Shown: positions 12,855 to 26,419 of the stretch, piece after piece
Numbering within the stretch: position 1 is the stretch's first letter
Layout: every line of letters starts with the position of its first letter
DNA from: Raja brachyura
Lineage: Eukaryota
Direction of reading: 5' to 3'
DNA: 64,000 nucleotides
Assembly (NCBI GenBank): GCA_963514005.1
Contig: OY740783.1
Span: 40,114,001-40,178,000 of the forward strand
Program-made: the position numbers and the translations under genes
The notes under the pieces: generated by a model
Told to the model about the DNA's origin: nothing
Seen by the model: the letters and a program-made list of their open reading frames with translations, nothing else
Database searches by the model: none

Positions 12855-13747
12855 CCCATGTGCAGTTCCAGCAAACCTCAAGCACATCCTGGTCGGTTGT
12901 AAGACCAGCCTAACACAAGGCAGATGCACCTGGCGACACAACCAGGTGCTGAGGTGTTTGGCAGCTGAACCCAAGTGCAAGAGAGTTACCACCAACGCCA
13001 TGCCTATCAATGCCCAGATAACATTCCCGCAAATACCATCCTTCATCCGGGAAGGAGTGAAACGGAGGACTAACCCCTCGCCTCTCAACTCATGCCCACA
13101 GAATGCAGTCAGGGACTGGGAAATTCGTGTTGACCTAGGCCAGTGGATTTTGTTCCTAGTTGAAATCGTAGTTATCAACCTGCGACCAGACCTCATTCTC
13201 TGGTCCGACTCCTGTCGGCGTGTTTTCATCATTGAGCTGACAGTGCCCTGGGAGGAGGCTGTGTACGAGGCTTATGAAAGAAAAAAGCTTTGATATTCAA
13301 ACCTTGCAGCAGAGGCAAAGGAGAGAGGTTGGAGGGTAAGGGTGTGTCCAGTGGAGGTGGGGTGCAGGGGCTTTGTAGCCAGTTCCACCGCAAGGCTCCT
13401 GAGGGAAGTAGGAGTCAAAGGGCAGGCACAAAGGAGGGCAATAAAAGAACTTGCCAATGCCACCGAACGGAGCAGTCACTGGTTGTGGCTGAAGAGGAAA
13501 GATGCTGTCTGGGCTGCCAAGTGACCAGCTAGAGGCTAACAGTAAGACACACACCCAGGTCTGATCAACCTGTGGTGGGCCTGTCTCGACTGAGGGCGTC
13601 TTGTGATAAAAGGCCGAAACACCCAGTGACGTTGAGGTACACAACTGAAGATGTGTCTGATTGTTAGCAAATTCACCTGGTGGTCATACCCAAGAATGTC
13701 AATTGTAGTGAAATCTTAGGGATTGTAACATCCAGTCCTACTAATCA
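12855..13747 (+). mobile_element. 5'-truncated Hero-type non-LTR retrotransposon with restriction-like endonuclease
   Basis: C…HILVGC zinc-knuckle remnant, WRHNQVL, RPDLILWS…IIELTVPWE…K (PD-(D/E)xK RLE), PVEVGCRGF. Internal stop at 13291, ORF end at 13524. Confidence 0.85.
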
Positions 13748-14147
13748 ATCTAATTAAAAATTAAGCAAGAATATTCAGACATACCTGTTCCTCAATGAAA
13801 ATGTATGATTATCAAAAGAAAGCAAAAAGCATTAAAACGAATAAAGCGCATTTTGGTGTTATTGAATCTCAAATTTGAGCAAATTTTGCAGCACAGCTGC
13901 TGTAACTGGCCAGGGAAAAACAAAGGGAGGGTGTTTCCTCTGAATGGACTTAAATGAGAGATACTGGGTGAAAATGCAACACCACAGACTCATAATCCTT
14001 AGTTTATTTGAGATGCATTGGAAGATTAGTGTTGAACTAAAAATCAAAACTAAGCACATGGATTGGTGCTCAATTTGACACACAGACACAAAGGGTTGCT
14101 TTCAGATCCTGTCCTCCACATCCATTTATGATTTTCACCTAACTCAC

Positions 14148-14626
14148 GGGAGAGGGAGTTTAGAGATATGGAAGGGCAAGATGTGAAAATGGCAGATCAA
14201 AGCAGAAAATGTTAAAGGAAATGTAGAATGGTTCATTGTTAGCAACGGGGAAGGTGACCATGGGCATATAATCAGCAAAATTAATCAGAAGGTCAGTGAA
14301 ACTAGTTGGAGAACTAGGGTGGGGGATGGACAGAGAGACAGGGGAAAGCAAGGGTTACTTGAAGTTAGAGAAATCTATTTTCAGACTGCTGGGTTGTAAG
14401 CTGCCCAAGCGAAATACGAGGTGCTGTTCCTCCAATTTGCGTTGGGCCTCACTCTGACAATGGAATGATCCCATGACAGAAAGGTCAGTATGTGAATGGG
14501 AGGTGGTTTAGTAACCGGGGACTGAGCAAAAACATAACTGTATTTGTTCTTCCCGGGGTGCAGGTGAACCTCTGCCGCACCTGGAAAAACTGCTTAGGTC
14601 ATTGAATGGTGTCAAGGGGGGAGGAT
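14148..14626 (-). mobile_element. Penelope-like element fragment (GIY-YIG end and 3' region)
   Basis: Minus strand encodes CQSEAQRKLEEQHLVFRLGSLQP. Homologous to 59148-60637. Confidence 0.85.
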
Positions 14627-15886
14627 CAAACTATGTACTTTGAGTCAGTATCACCAATACATTGAAAGAACGTCAGCAAGTTGTCCCTTGGATAACAAAG
14701 AATCATATTATAGCAGTGCGCTGCTGTAGGGAGAAGGCTGTCATGTGATCACATTCCCTAACAGAGACTTCATTGGATCCAAGCTCTTAAAAGTTCTTTG
14801 GAAGCAGAATTAAAACAATTCTGGTCTAGTCTCTGAAGTTTGACGATCTATCAACAGAGTTCACAGGCTGGAGTCTTACATTCACTTCTGGCAAGTGAGC
14901 TACAGCAGGAAATCTGATGTTCTTCAATTGCTCTAACAAATTGTAAAAAGTACTCTGAAATGTTCACAGGATTACAGCTGACTCAGTATAAGCAAAGATA
15001 ATGAAATCCACACGGAAGGAGAATGAAACATTACATTTCCTACAGTCATCACTCATACTAATTATCTCCAAAAACTGACTAGTACACCCAATTCACACCA
15101 ACTGAAGAGGATTACATGTTAGACAGTGAAGTCAATTTTGTGGGACAGTCTGAAAAAATATTGGGATGAGAATATAAAATCAAGTACTGGCTATTAATAG
15201 AGTGAAGATCTTTAAAACGAAGCCACGCTAGCTTAGGTTGTAAATTTATAGATTGATTGAACATTGAGAAGCAATGCTTGGAATTGGAAGCATGGTAAAG
15301 CAGCAGCAGAAAATACCATTCTGTTTCTTTTAAACATGATTTCATAGACTTTAAATTAGATTAATCAAAGATAACAGCAGTTGCTTTTCTATCCAGAGAG
15401 TTGCACAAGACAAAACCGGTAATACAATATCTGACTGGCACTGATAAAACCACTGTATTTTCGTAGAATATATGTCTGCTGGACACATTTCAGAATAATT
15501 CCATTGCATGGCCTTGCTGATAACAGCTTCACACTGACTGATAATTACAGTGAAAGGTCAATAATCATCTTCAAAATGAAGCTAAGGCCATTAGCAAGAG
15601 AGCTATAAAGGATGTTTGAAGAAGGAAAATAAATGACCATATTTCAAATCAATCTGGGAAAAGAGAACAATGTTTCAGCCACAGGGAAAATTTGTCCATC
15701 ATTGTTGAAATTAAGGGGGAAGACCACAATAAGGAAATTGGCATGGAGTTTTGAGTAGCCTGCTGTGCAACGAACTTTAGAAAGGGCGATGCACTCACAG
15801 GCATATAACCAGGAAGCAAACCAGGACAGGAATTGATGACAAAGGTGCACAAAGCTATGGGCTGCGAAAGGCAACTATTAAATTAG

Positions 15887-16362
15887 GTAGACACAAAAAG
15901 CTGGAGTAACTCAGTGGGCCAGGCAGCATCTCTGGAGAGAAGGAATAGGTGACGTTTCGAGACCCCTCTTCAGACTGGTTAGGGATAAGGGAAACGAGAG
16001 ATATATAGACGGTGATGTGGATTGATAAAGAACAATAAATGAAAGATATGCAAAAAAGTAATGATGATAAAGGTAACAGACCATTGTAAACTGTTTGTAG
16101 GGTGAAAATGAGAAGCTAGTGCAATTGGGTGGGGGGGGGGGGGGGGGAAGAGAGACAGAGAGAGAAGGAATGCCAGGGCTACCTGAAGTGAGAGAAATCA
16201 ATATTCATACCACTGGGCTGTAAGCTGCCTAAGCGAAATATGAGATGCTGTTCCTCCAATTTGCGTTTAGCCTCACTCTGACAATGGAGGAGACCGAGGA
16301 CAGAAATGTCTGTGTAGGAATGGGAAGGAGAATTAAAGTGTCCAGCAACCGGGAGGTCAGGT
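15887..16362 (-). mobile_element. Penelope-like 3' fragment with degenerate hammerhead
   Basis: ORF PVAGHFNSPSH…LEEQHLIFRLGSLQPSGMNIDF. CTGAAGAGGGGTCTCGAAACGTC at ~15951-15973 (stem II partly deleted). Confidence 0.88.
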
Positions 16363-16587
16363 GGCAACTTTACATTTTATGAGCAAAGAAATTCACCAAA
16401 ATCAGTCCAACTAGTTGCAACATAAAATCTGCTCAGTTTCCCTGCATGATATATTTAAAAAAATGCTGGAAATATCCAGCAGAGCAGGAGCGAAGGGAGG
16501 CAGAAATAAAGGCTTCATCAGAACCAGGAAGCAGACAAAAGTAGCTTGTAAAGCTACAGGACAGGGGGACAGAAGAATCCCCCTGTT

Positions 16588-17172
16588 AAGAAAGCTCATC
16601 AGCGCCTCTACTTCCTGAGAAGATTACGGAGAGTTGGTCTGTCAAGGAGGACTCTCTCTAACTTCTACAGGTGTACAGTAGAGAGCTTGCTGACTGGTTG
16701 CATCGTGGCTTGGTTCGGCAACTTGAACGCCCTGGAGAGGAAAAGACTACAAAAAGTAGTAAACACTGCCCAGTCCATCATCGGCTCTGACCTTCCTTCC
16801 ATCGAGGGGATTTATCGCAGTCGCTGCCTCAAAAAGGCTGGCAGCATCATCAAGGACCCACACCACCCTAGCCACACACTCATCTCCCTGCTACCTTCGG
16901 GTAGAAGGTACAGGAGCCTGAAGACTGCAACAACCCGGTTTAGGAATAGCTACTTCCCCACAGCCATCAGGCTACTAAACCTGGCTCGGAACTCTGAACA
17001 TTAATATCCCTCCATCTGTTATTTGCACTTTATTAATTTATTAAGTCATGGGTGTATTTATGTATAGAATTGTAGTCAATGCCTTCTATGTTCTGTTGTG
17101 CTATGCAAAGAAAGATTTTCATTGGCCTGTCAGGGACACATGACAATAAACTCTTTTGACTTTGACTTGACT
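16588..17172 (+). mobile_element. Rex1/Babar-type LINE 3' fragment
   Basis: KAHQRLYFLRRL…ESLLTGCIVAWFGN…HHPSH…LPSGRRYRS. Ends gacaataaa + (ttgac)n tail. Confidence 0.9.
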
Positions 17173-17199
17173 GAGTCGATTGGGGAGACATGGTAGTCT

Positions 17200-17760
17200 C
17201 CTGTCCGCCTCACCTCAAGGATAGAATTCCCCAGGTCCTCACTTTCCACCCCACTAGCCTGTGTTCAATTAACCATTCTCCACAATTCTCACTACCTACA
17301 AAGAGATTGCACCACTACATATTTTCCCCTCTCTTCCTCCTTCAGCATTTTGCATCCATTCACGACTCTTATCTACTTTTCCGTTCCTACCAACCACTTC
17401 TCTTCTTACATAACTTTCTCTTGCAACCACTGACAATGCAACACCTTTCCTTTCATGTCATCGAGGGAACCAAACGTTTTTTTCAGGTGAAGCACTAATT
17501 CACATGTTCCTCCAATCTAGCCAACTGAATTCAGTGTTCACAATGTGGTCTCCTCTACATTGGAGGAAACAAATGCAGATTGGCTCTGCTGAACACCCGT
17601 GTCCATCCACAGGGATGACCCCGAGCTCCCGTTGCATTACACTTTAATCATCTATCCGTTTCCTAAATGACTTCTTGGTCTGTGTCCTGTTTTATTGTTA
17701 CAATGATGCAAAAACACAAGCTTGAAGAACAGCACCTCAACTTAACATTGAATTTGACCA
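17200..17760 (+). mobile_element. Old Penelope-like fragment
   Basis: KDRIPQVLTFHP, CGLLYIG (GIY-YIG) and KLEEQHL remnants. Confidence 0.75.
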
Positions 17761-18071
17761 TTCTGCACAGAAATCACTGGAAATGAATACCTGGCAAATA
17801 GAAAATGACCACAATAACTGAAAACTGAGGGTTTCAGAAAACTTTAAGAACAAATGGTGGAAATAGAAACTCATGATATGAAAAAATAGCAAAATCAGTC
17901 CGTGATTCAATTAATTTGAACAAGAATGTATGCTCTTTTATCCATATTCTCACTCTAACTGCTCCCACTCATTCATGACCAGATACATGTGTTTAGTTTA
18001 TGCCCACAGTAAACCTAGTATAACCAGATCAGAAATATTCTTCCTCCCCTACCTTCCCTGAGGTTTAATAA

Positions 18072-19333
18072 ATCCGATAGAATTTTTCGAGGATGTAACT
18101 AGTAGAGTGGATAAGGGAGAACCAGTGGATGTGTTATATCTAGACTTTCAGAAGGCTTTCGACAAGGTCCTGCATAAGAGATTAGCATACAAACTTAAAG
18201 CACACGGTATTGGGGGTTCAGTATTGATGTGGATAGAGAACTGGCTAGCAGACAGGAAGCAAAGGGTAGGAGTAAACGGGTCCTTTTCAGAATGGCAGGC
18301 AGTGACTAGTGGGGTACCGCAAGGCTCAGTGCTGGGACCCCAGCTATTTACAATATATATTAATGATTTGGACGAGGGAATTGAATGCAACATCTCCAAA
18401 TTTGCAGATGACACCAAGCTGGGGGGTATAGTTAGGTGTGAGGAGGATGCTTGGAGGCTGCAGGGTGATTTGGATAGGCTGAGTGAATGGGCAGATGCAT
18501 GGCAGATGCAGTATAATGTGGAAAAATGTGAGGTTATCCACTTTGGTGGCAAAAACATGAGGGTAGACTATTATCTGAATGGTGGCAGATTAGGAAAAGG
18601 GGAGATGCAACGAGACCTGGGTGTCATGGTACACCAGTCATTGAAAGTAGGCATGCAGGTGCAGCAGGCAGTGAAGAAAGCAAATGGTATGTTAGCGTTC
18701 ATAGCAAAAGGATTTGAGTATAGGAGCAGGGAGGTTCTACTGCAGTTGTACAGGGTTTTGGTGAGGCCACACCTGGAGGTATTGCGTTCAGTTTTGGTCT
18801 CCAAATCTGAGGAAAGACATTCTTGCCATAGAGGGGGTACAGAGAAGATTCACCAGACTGATTCCTGGGATGTCAGGACTTTCATATGAGGAAAGACTGG
18901 ATAGACTCGGCTTGTACTCGCTGGAATTTAGAAGATTGAGGGGGGATCTTATAGAAACTTACAAAATTCTTAAGGGGTTGGACAAGCTAGATGCTGGAAG
19001 ATTGTTCCCGATGTTTGTGGAGTCCAGAACAAGGGGTCACAGTCTAAGGATAAGGGGGAATTCCTTTAGGACCGAGATGAGGAAAACATTCTTTACACAG
19101 AGAGTGGCGAGTCTCTGGAATTCTCTGCCACAGAAGGTAGTTGAGGCCAGTTAATTGGCTATATTTAAGAGGGCGTTAGATGTGGCACTTGTGGCTAAAA
19201 GGGTTCAGGGGGTATGGAGAGAAGGCAGGTACGGGATACTGAGTTGGATGATCAGCCATGATCACATTGAATCTCAATGCAGGCTCAAAGGGCCGAATGG
19301 CCTACTCCTGCACCTATTTTTCTATGTTTCTAT
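18072..19333 (+). mobile_element. CR1 LINE, 5'-truncated (RT to 3' end)
   Basis: 260-aa ORF with [28 protein letters not shown]. ttctatgtttctat tail. Confidence 0.95.
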
Positions 19334-19929
19334 AAGCTTCCTTTGTCTCCAACACCATTCTAAATTGTTAACTCAGGTTTTCTTCTCAGACTTAGTCTGA
19401 CCTGCTGATCATTTTCTGTTTTTGTTTCAGATTTTATACATCTGCATTTAAAAAAAGGTCCTATACCTAATTACTTGTTACTGATTTCTGCTGAAATTAC
19501 AAAACTGACCTATGAAACTTAATAATATTTATGGTTTAATCTTACATATGAGGAATGTTAATCACACAAGCTGTGGACAATTAGGAAACACGAGTCAGCT
19601 TCAAAAGAAGACCGTTTAAGTGGCAAGGAATTTGTTACAAATACATAAAATAATACCATATTGCCTGTTCCATTGGAACTTTCAAAGAGATTTCACATAA
19701 AATAATTAATATCTCCATTAGACATATGACTACTTGATTTCAATAGCACATGAGACATTTTGCTAAAAGAATAAATACTTTGCTGAAAGGGTGTTTAACA
19801 TTATAGTCCAGAGTTTGGCAGGGGTTAAGAGGCGACATTTTGAAAAGAACAGGTAAATAACGGCATCACCAATAGAATCATTTTCAACAATAGAATAAAT
19901 TTTGCAATGGAACTTTCAAGAGATCAAGA

Positions 19930-20272
19930 GCATTTGTTGTCATATTCATTTTGTTGTCATATGAACCATAACAATGCACTTACTTGAAGCAAACCAAGTA
20001 GGTAGAGCAACTGTAAGTATGTGGAGCAATCATAAAAGCACTGAAGTAGTCTGTTGCTGATTGAAGTTGCAGTTAGAGTTGCCCAGGCTGATTCAAGAAT
20101 GTGATGAAGCTGCTCTTAAACCTGGATATAACAATTCTCTGGCTCCTGTACCTTTCTCCCAATGGTGGCAGCAAGATAAGAGATGGCCAGCAAAGGTCTT
20201 CAATGATGTTAGTTGCCTTCTTGACGCAGCGCTTCCAGTAGATCTCTTTGATGATGGCGAGGTCAGTACCAT
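19930..20272 (-). mobile_element. Rex-type LINE 3' fragment
   Basis: IYWKRCVKKATNIIEDL…RYRS…RFKSSF on the minus strand. Confidence 0.75.
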
Positions 20273-20284
20273 CAGAGACCAGGC

Positions 20285-20900
20285 AATAGAACATGGACCA
20301 ATGCAGCACAAGAACAGGCCCTTCATCCCACAATGTCTGTGCCGAACATGATGCCAAGATCATCTCTTATCTATCTGCACATAATCTATGTACATCCTTC
20401 CCTTGCATATCCCAATGCCTATCCTAAAGTCTCTTAAAATGCAACTATTGTATCTGCCTCAACCGCACTGCCAGCAGCGTGTTCCAAGCACACACCACCT
20501 ACTGTGTAAAAAAGTTGCACAAATCCTTTAAACATTGCCCCTCTCACCTAAAAGCTATACATTCTAGTATTTTATTTTACCATCCTGGGAAAGAGGTTCT
20601 GACTGTCTACCCTACCTATCTCTCTCATAATTTTATATACTTCTATCAGGTCGCCTCACAACCTCTGGTGTTCCAGATAAATCAACGCAAGTCTGTCCAA
20701 CCTCTCCGTGCAGCTAATACCCCCTAATCAAGGCATTAATCTGGTAAATCTCCTTCGCACCCTTTCCAAAGCCTCCACATCCTTCCTGTAATAGAGTGTC
20801 CACAACTGCACAGAACACTCCAAACACTCCTATGAAGTATCATCATTACTCCCCGACTCTTACATTCATGCCCCGACCTATGAAAGCAAGCTTATATGCC
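20285..20900 (-). mobile_element. Old CR1 3' fragment
   Basis: Reverse complement of the CR1 ORF2 C-terminus and 3' UTR. Confidence 0.75.
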
Positions 20901-21909
20901 ACCTTTTTCATGCAGCCCAACTTATTCATGAGCGATTGAATTACATGTAGAACAGAACTAATTGATGAAGAAATCTTTTCAAACTGGACACCTACCGTTA
21001 ATGTAAAACCAAAAATGGTTCATGCTGTATATCTGAAATAAAAACACTCCAAATATTCCATCAATGGAGAAAGGTTACTGATGAAAGGTCATCGAACTGA
21101 AACATTAGGCCTGTTCCCCTTTCCACAGATATTCATTTTACCATATTGAAACAACTAACAAGAAGCATTGATACAAAGTCAGATTAATTTAATAAAAGTG
21201 ATAACTCCCATTTTAGAACATGTATTACCCCTATTATGGTTGGAATCACTCTTGAGGTTTCTGTAGAAAAGCTCCAGGCAGAACTGTAAACATATACAGC
21301 CTCTAACAGAGTAAGCCAATTGTCCCAGGACAGTTATTGACATACTATCACAATGAACAATGATAAAATGTATATGGCAGTACATGCAATATAAATATAT
21401 TCTACAAACCCCACAAAATACCTATATTATAACTCATTTGTTACACTACTAATTGTTTAAGATGTCAAGCAATTAAGGCTCCTTCTTAATTGTAAGGAAT
21501 TAAAGTATTACTACTTGAAGTGATAAGTGTTACAAAATCCAAGAGAATGTAAACTCTTAATGTTGTAATCTCAATCAGCCTGAAGAAGCTGAATAGGGTC
21601 CTGCACCACTTTCCCAATGGTAACAACTCAATGACTGAGCAATTTAATTTTGACAGTTACATTCATGTGAAGTTTGAAAGATGATCAAATTCATCTATTA
21701 CTGCAATGGGCAAAGATGCACCTGACATTTTATTGTTGTTTACATGATTTTTTTAACAATACGATTAAACATGGTGGTAGTTCTAGCAATTAACAAAAAA
21801 ATGCTCTATTTTACAGCAACTACTGAGCAAGGTGTATTAGGAAGGCAAATGGGATTATCTCTTGGAAAATTTGTTTAAGACAGTAGCATAAAAATTGACT
21901 TAATTAAAC

Positions 21910-22333
21910 AGACAATAGGTGCAGGAGTAGGCCATATAGCCCTTCAAGCCAGCACTGCCATTCAATGTAATCATGGCTGATCATCCACAATCAGTACCCC
22001 GTTCCTGCCTTCTCCCCTTATCCCACCATCTTCAAGAGCCCTATCTAGCTCTCTCTTGAAAGTTTCCAGAGAACCGGCCTCCATCGCCCTTTGAGGCAGG
22101 GAATTCCACACTCACAACTCTGGGTGAAAAAGTGTTTCATCATCTCCGTTCTAAATGGCTTACCCCTTATTCTTAAACTGTGGCCCCTGGTTCTGGACTC
22201 CCCCAAGATCGGGAACATGTTTCCTGCCTCTAGCGTGTCCAAATCCTTAATAATCTTATATGTGTTAATAAGATTCCCTCTCATCCTTCTAAATTCCTGA
22301 GTATACAAGCCCAGCTGCTCCATTCTCTCAGTA
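21910..22333 (-). mobile_element. CR1 3' fragment
   Basis: LGLYT.EFRRMRG…TRGHSLRIRG and 3' stem-loop. Confidence 0.9.
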
Positions 22334-23119
22334 TAATTGTTTTTCAGACCCATAAATGTAGCCTTTCCTTCTCTAATTGGTGACAATCAGATTGACCCTG
22401 CTGGTGTAATTGTAACTTGGGCACAGTAATTAGATAAATCCATCACTTCCCACGTTTAATTCAAACAAATAACCAAGCTTTTTGCCAGCGATTTCTGCAG
22501 TAATGGTTATTAATCAGTTTGTACATTTTGCTAATGTAAGGGAGAGCTTTGAATAAGGTATAAAAATAAATTTTTGAACGAATGCTTCATCAAATTTTAA
22601 TCTGACCATGTTTTAGGAGTACAAAGATCTATGACAGTGAGAAGGTTTTAATGAGAGCATTTTCTACCAATTAAGAAGTTTCAGTTTTGTTAATCAGTAT
22701 TTTTAATTAATCCAAGATTCAATATTTCTTTATTAAAATGAGAAATGCAAACATCATTATTTTTCTCTTGTAGTAAATTATTAACCAAGTGAATGTAAGA
22801 ATACATCAAAATTGAACTGCTTTCTCTCCAAGCATCAGATTTCACTGACACCACTTCAAAAAGTGGCATGACATTAGTCATGATGAACAAGTCACATCAA
22901 TAGGAAGATCATGCGGAATAATTGGCTGAGATAACTGTTGCTTGTTTTTAAAAACAAGATAATCGGTTGGGTAGTATACACATATCATACTGCAGTCTAA
23001 GTCCATGTTACATTTAAGATGTAATTCAGTGAAGTAATTGTTTTACATTTTTTAAAGTAATAGGTGTTCATTACTTATTTTCAACAAATGTTGAAGAATA
23101 GAAACAAATAACAGCAGAT

Positions 23120-24124
23120 TGGTATCGGTTTATTTTTGGAATGTAATCCAAGATATAGAGAAACATTTTGTTTGTATCCAATCAAATTATATTATACACG
23201 AGTACAATCAAGCCATTACAAGAGTACAACAGGTAGTGCAAAGGGAAAAATACCGCAGTGCAGAGTATAGTCTTAGAGCATTATTGCATTACAGTTACAG
23301 AGGAAAGGTCCAAGGTCCACAATGACATGGGATGGTGGGCTGGGACTACACCCTAGCTTATTTCATCTCATTGAGGACAGTTGATTATGGAGGGAAAGAA
23401 GCTGTTCCTGGATATGGGGTACGTCTCAAGCTTTTGTATCTCCTGCCCGTGGAGAGAGGAGGGAAGAGGGAATGACCAAAGTGAAAAATTTACTTGACTA
23501 TGTTGGCTGCTTTCCCGTGATAGTGTGGTGTGGATGGAGTCGATGCTGGGGAGATTGGTCTGTGTAATGGACTGGGTTAATATACAACTCTGCAATTTTT
23601 TGCAGTCTTGGGCAGAGCTGTTGCCAATCCAAGTTGTGATGCATCCTGATAGGATACTCTCTCGGTTGCATTTGTAGAAGTTGGTAAAAATCATTGGAGA
23701 CGTGCTAAACTTCCTTTATCTTCTGAGAAAGGAGGTGCCGGTGTGCTTTTTTGGCCATAGCTTCAATATATTTGGTCAAGGACAAATTGTTGATGATATT
23801 CACACCTCAGATCTTGAAGCTCTTGGCAATCTCCACTTCAACACCAGTGAAGCTGATTGGGGTGCATACTTCACTACACTTCCTGAAGACAATAACTAGC
23901 TCCTTCATTGTGCTGACATTGAAGGAGAGATTGTTGTCTTGATATCATGTTACTAAGCTCTTTATCCCCTTCCCATACTTCCCAGACGTGTTCTCACCAT
24001 GTTCAAAATACTCCCCACTACAAACTTGTAAATGAAATTAGTGCAGAATTTGTCCAGACTGTTATGTATCTTGTATAGTATGGAACTGAAAACAGATCCC
24101 TGCGTGATACTGATGTTGAGAATT
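23120..24124 (-). mobile_element. Rex-type LINE fragment
   Basis: NFYKCNRESILSGCITTWIGN…LPSIDSI, plus upstream RT remnants. Confidence 0.8.
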
Positions 24125-24787
24125 CAGTCTGAAGAAAGGTCTCGACCTGAAGTGTCACCCATTCCTTCTCTCCAGAGATGCTGCCGGTCCCGCTGAGTTC
24201 CTCCAGAATATCAGCACATGCCTCCCCTAGATAGATGCAAAAAGCTGGAGGTACTCAGCAGGACAGGCATCATCTCCAGAGAGAAGGAATGGGTGACATT
24301 TCGGGTCCAGACCCTTCTTCAGACTGAAAATCATGGGAAAGGGAAAGGAGAGATATAGACGATGATGTAGAGAAATATAGAACAATGAATAAAAGATATG
24401 CACAAAACTAATGATGATAATAGAAACAGGCCATTGTTAGCTGTTTGTTGGGTGAAAATGAGACGCTGGTGCGACTTGGGCGGGGGAGAGATGGGCAGAG
24501 AGGGAATGCCGCGGTTAGTTGAAGTTAAATAAATCAATATTCATACCACTGGGCTTTATCATCAATATATTTTTGCATATCTTTTTCACTCATTGTTCTA
24601 TACCTCTCTACATCATCGTTTATTTCTGAAGTTTCCCTTTTCCGTGACTTTCAGTCTGAAGGGTCTCGACTCGAAACATCACCCATTCATTCTATCCAGA
24701 GATGCTGCCTGTCCCACTGAGTTACTCCAGCTTTTTGTGCCTATCATGTTTAAACCAGCATCTGCAGTTCCGTCCTACATATTTTGT
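24125..24787. mobile_element. Cluster of three Penelope terminal fragments (+, -, +)
   Basis: Three pLTR copies. The inverted pair 24230-24787 is flanked by a 12-bp duplication atgcctccccta (24218-24229, 24788-24799). Confidence 0.85.
24295..24322 (-). ncRNA. Minimal type I hammerhead ribozyme core (Penelope-associated)
   Basis: CUGAAGA-A-GGGUC-UG-GACCC-GAAA-U-GUC. Stem III palindrome carries one change. Confidence 0.55.
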
Positions 24788-24799
24788 ATGCCTCCCCTA

Positions 24800-25700
24800 A
24801 CTCCATTCTCTACATCCTTTTCTCTGATAAATAATGATGAGATGTATTCATTTAGGACCACAATCGTATCCTCTGACTGCACACATAGATTACCCCGTGG
24901 GTCCCAGAGGAGATTTACTCTTTCCCCAACTACACTTATGCTTCTAGTATATATCCTTAGAAGATTTTGAGATTTTCTTTAATCATGCTTGCCGATGCCA
25001 TTTTATGTCCTTTTTGTCCTCCTAACTTGTTTCAGACATTCTCTCCGATATCCGTTATAAACTTCAAAGGACACTTGATATCAATTGCCTTTCCCCGACA
25101 TATGCTACCTGTTTTTTCCTTATCAAACCTTCAATTACCTTTGTTCCCATATCTTATCATCTTTGCCTTTAATCTTTACAGTGACATGCTGATTCTGAAC
25201 TCTTACTAGTTCACATTGAAATGCCTCCCACTTTTGGGATGTGTGTATCCCTCGAGCAGCTGTTACCCATCTACTTTCGTCAGACCCTATCTTATACTTT
25301 TGTAATTGGCTCTCGCCCAATTGAGGACCCTGTCACTAAGGCCAACTTTATCTTTAGCCATGACTAACCTGGCATTTACTGAATTATGCTCACTGTTCCC
25401 AAAAGGTTAAAGGGTCACAGACACTTCCACCACACCCAATACATAGTCGAATACAGCTACTTCGCCAGATGGACTCTGCACAAGCTGCTTTAAAATGCTC
25501 TCTTGGATGCATTTTACAAATTCCACCCCATCTAAGTCCTTAAGCGAGACAATCCCTGTCAAAATGGGAAAGGTAACATCCTCTCTTACTAATTCCCTAA
25601 TGTTTTAACATCCGACTGACATTTGCCGACCTATTTGTTATAATTTTCGTTAAGTACTGCGAGGCCAATAGGAAAACCCCATCAAAGTGATCACTCAAGA
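24800..25700 (-). mobile_element. Old CR1 internal fragment
   Basis: Decayed ORF2 (APE to tether region), reverse-complement similar to the CR1 at 1738. Confidence 0.6.
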
Positions 25701-26419
25701 GAGAAGACACCCTTTGAGGCAAGTTCTCATCTGAAAGATGACTCCTCCTGCTATGTAACATTCCTAAAGTACTGAAGTAATTGGAATGAAACTGGTAACC
25801 ACAGCCATAGCTGACAAATATATTAGAAAGTTAAATTCTGATCAATGTTAGACTAATTTCTAGACAAATTATTTGCAAAATAAATTTGGATCGTTTGTAG
25901 TTAATGGAGGGTATTGTCAAAAGTACAGCATTAGCATAATCAAATCTGAAATAACTACGCACACACAAGGATTTCAGCTGTGATAGGACTGAGACATGGT
26001 CAGATACATGTAACAGTACACAAGTGAAATAAACGATGTGCTGGAAGTTACTCGCAGTGTTACTCGCAGCTCCTCTCAGTCACAGATTATGAATGGAGTG
26101 ATTCAGCATGACAGAATGGCCAAGAGAGTTTAGGGAAAGGGGTTGAATCTATTGCAAAAGTAGGAGTGAACATTTGTGAAAATGTTGCACTTTCTGACCT
26201 ACAGTTTTCTCTTTTATAATTTCTCATCTGAGGGCAATGACTAGTACAAGAGTGCAGTTTAATACATACAAACAGCTCTGGTCACTATTTTTCATGTGTG
26301 AACCTGAATACTCGGTGTTGTTCCGAGTCAAAATCATGTAAAGATTGGTTATTTTGTGGTTGAGAGATTAGTTAGCAGACGTAGCGACAATTGCTGACAT
26401 GGCCCTCCCGAGCCCAGAA

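Noticed and set aside
15644-15874. Minus-strand ORFs of 67-76 aa
   Set aside because: No convincing splice sites or recognisable family; at most a very decayed repeat.
18107-18889. 260-aa RT ORF as an active or domesticated gene
   Set aside because: A 5'-truncated CR1 with no endonuclease and a frameshift near 18780.
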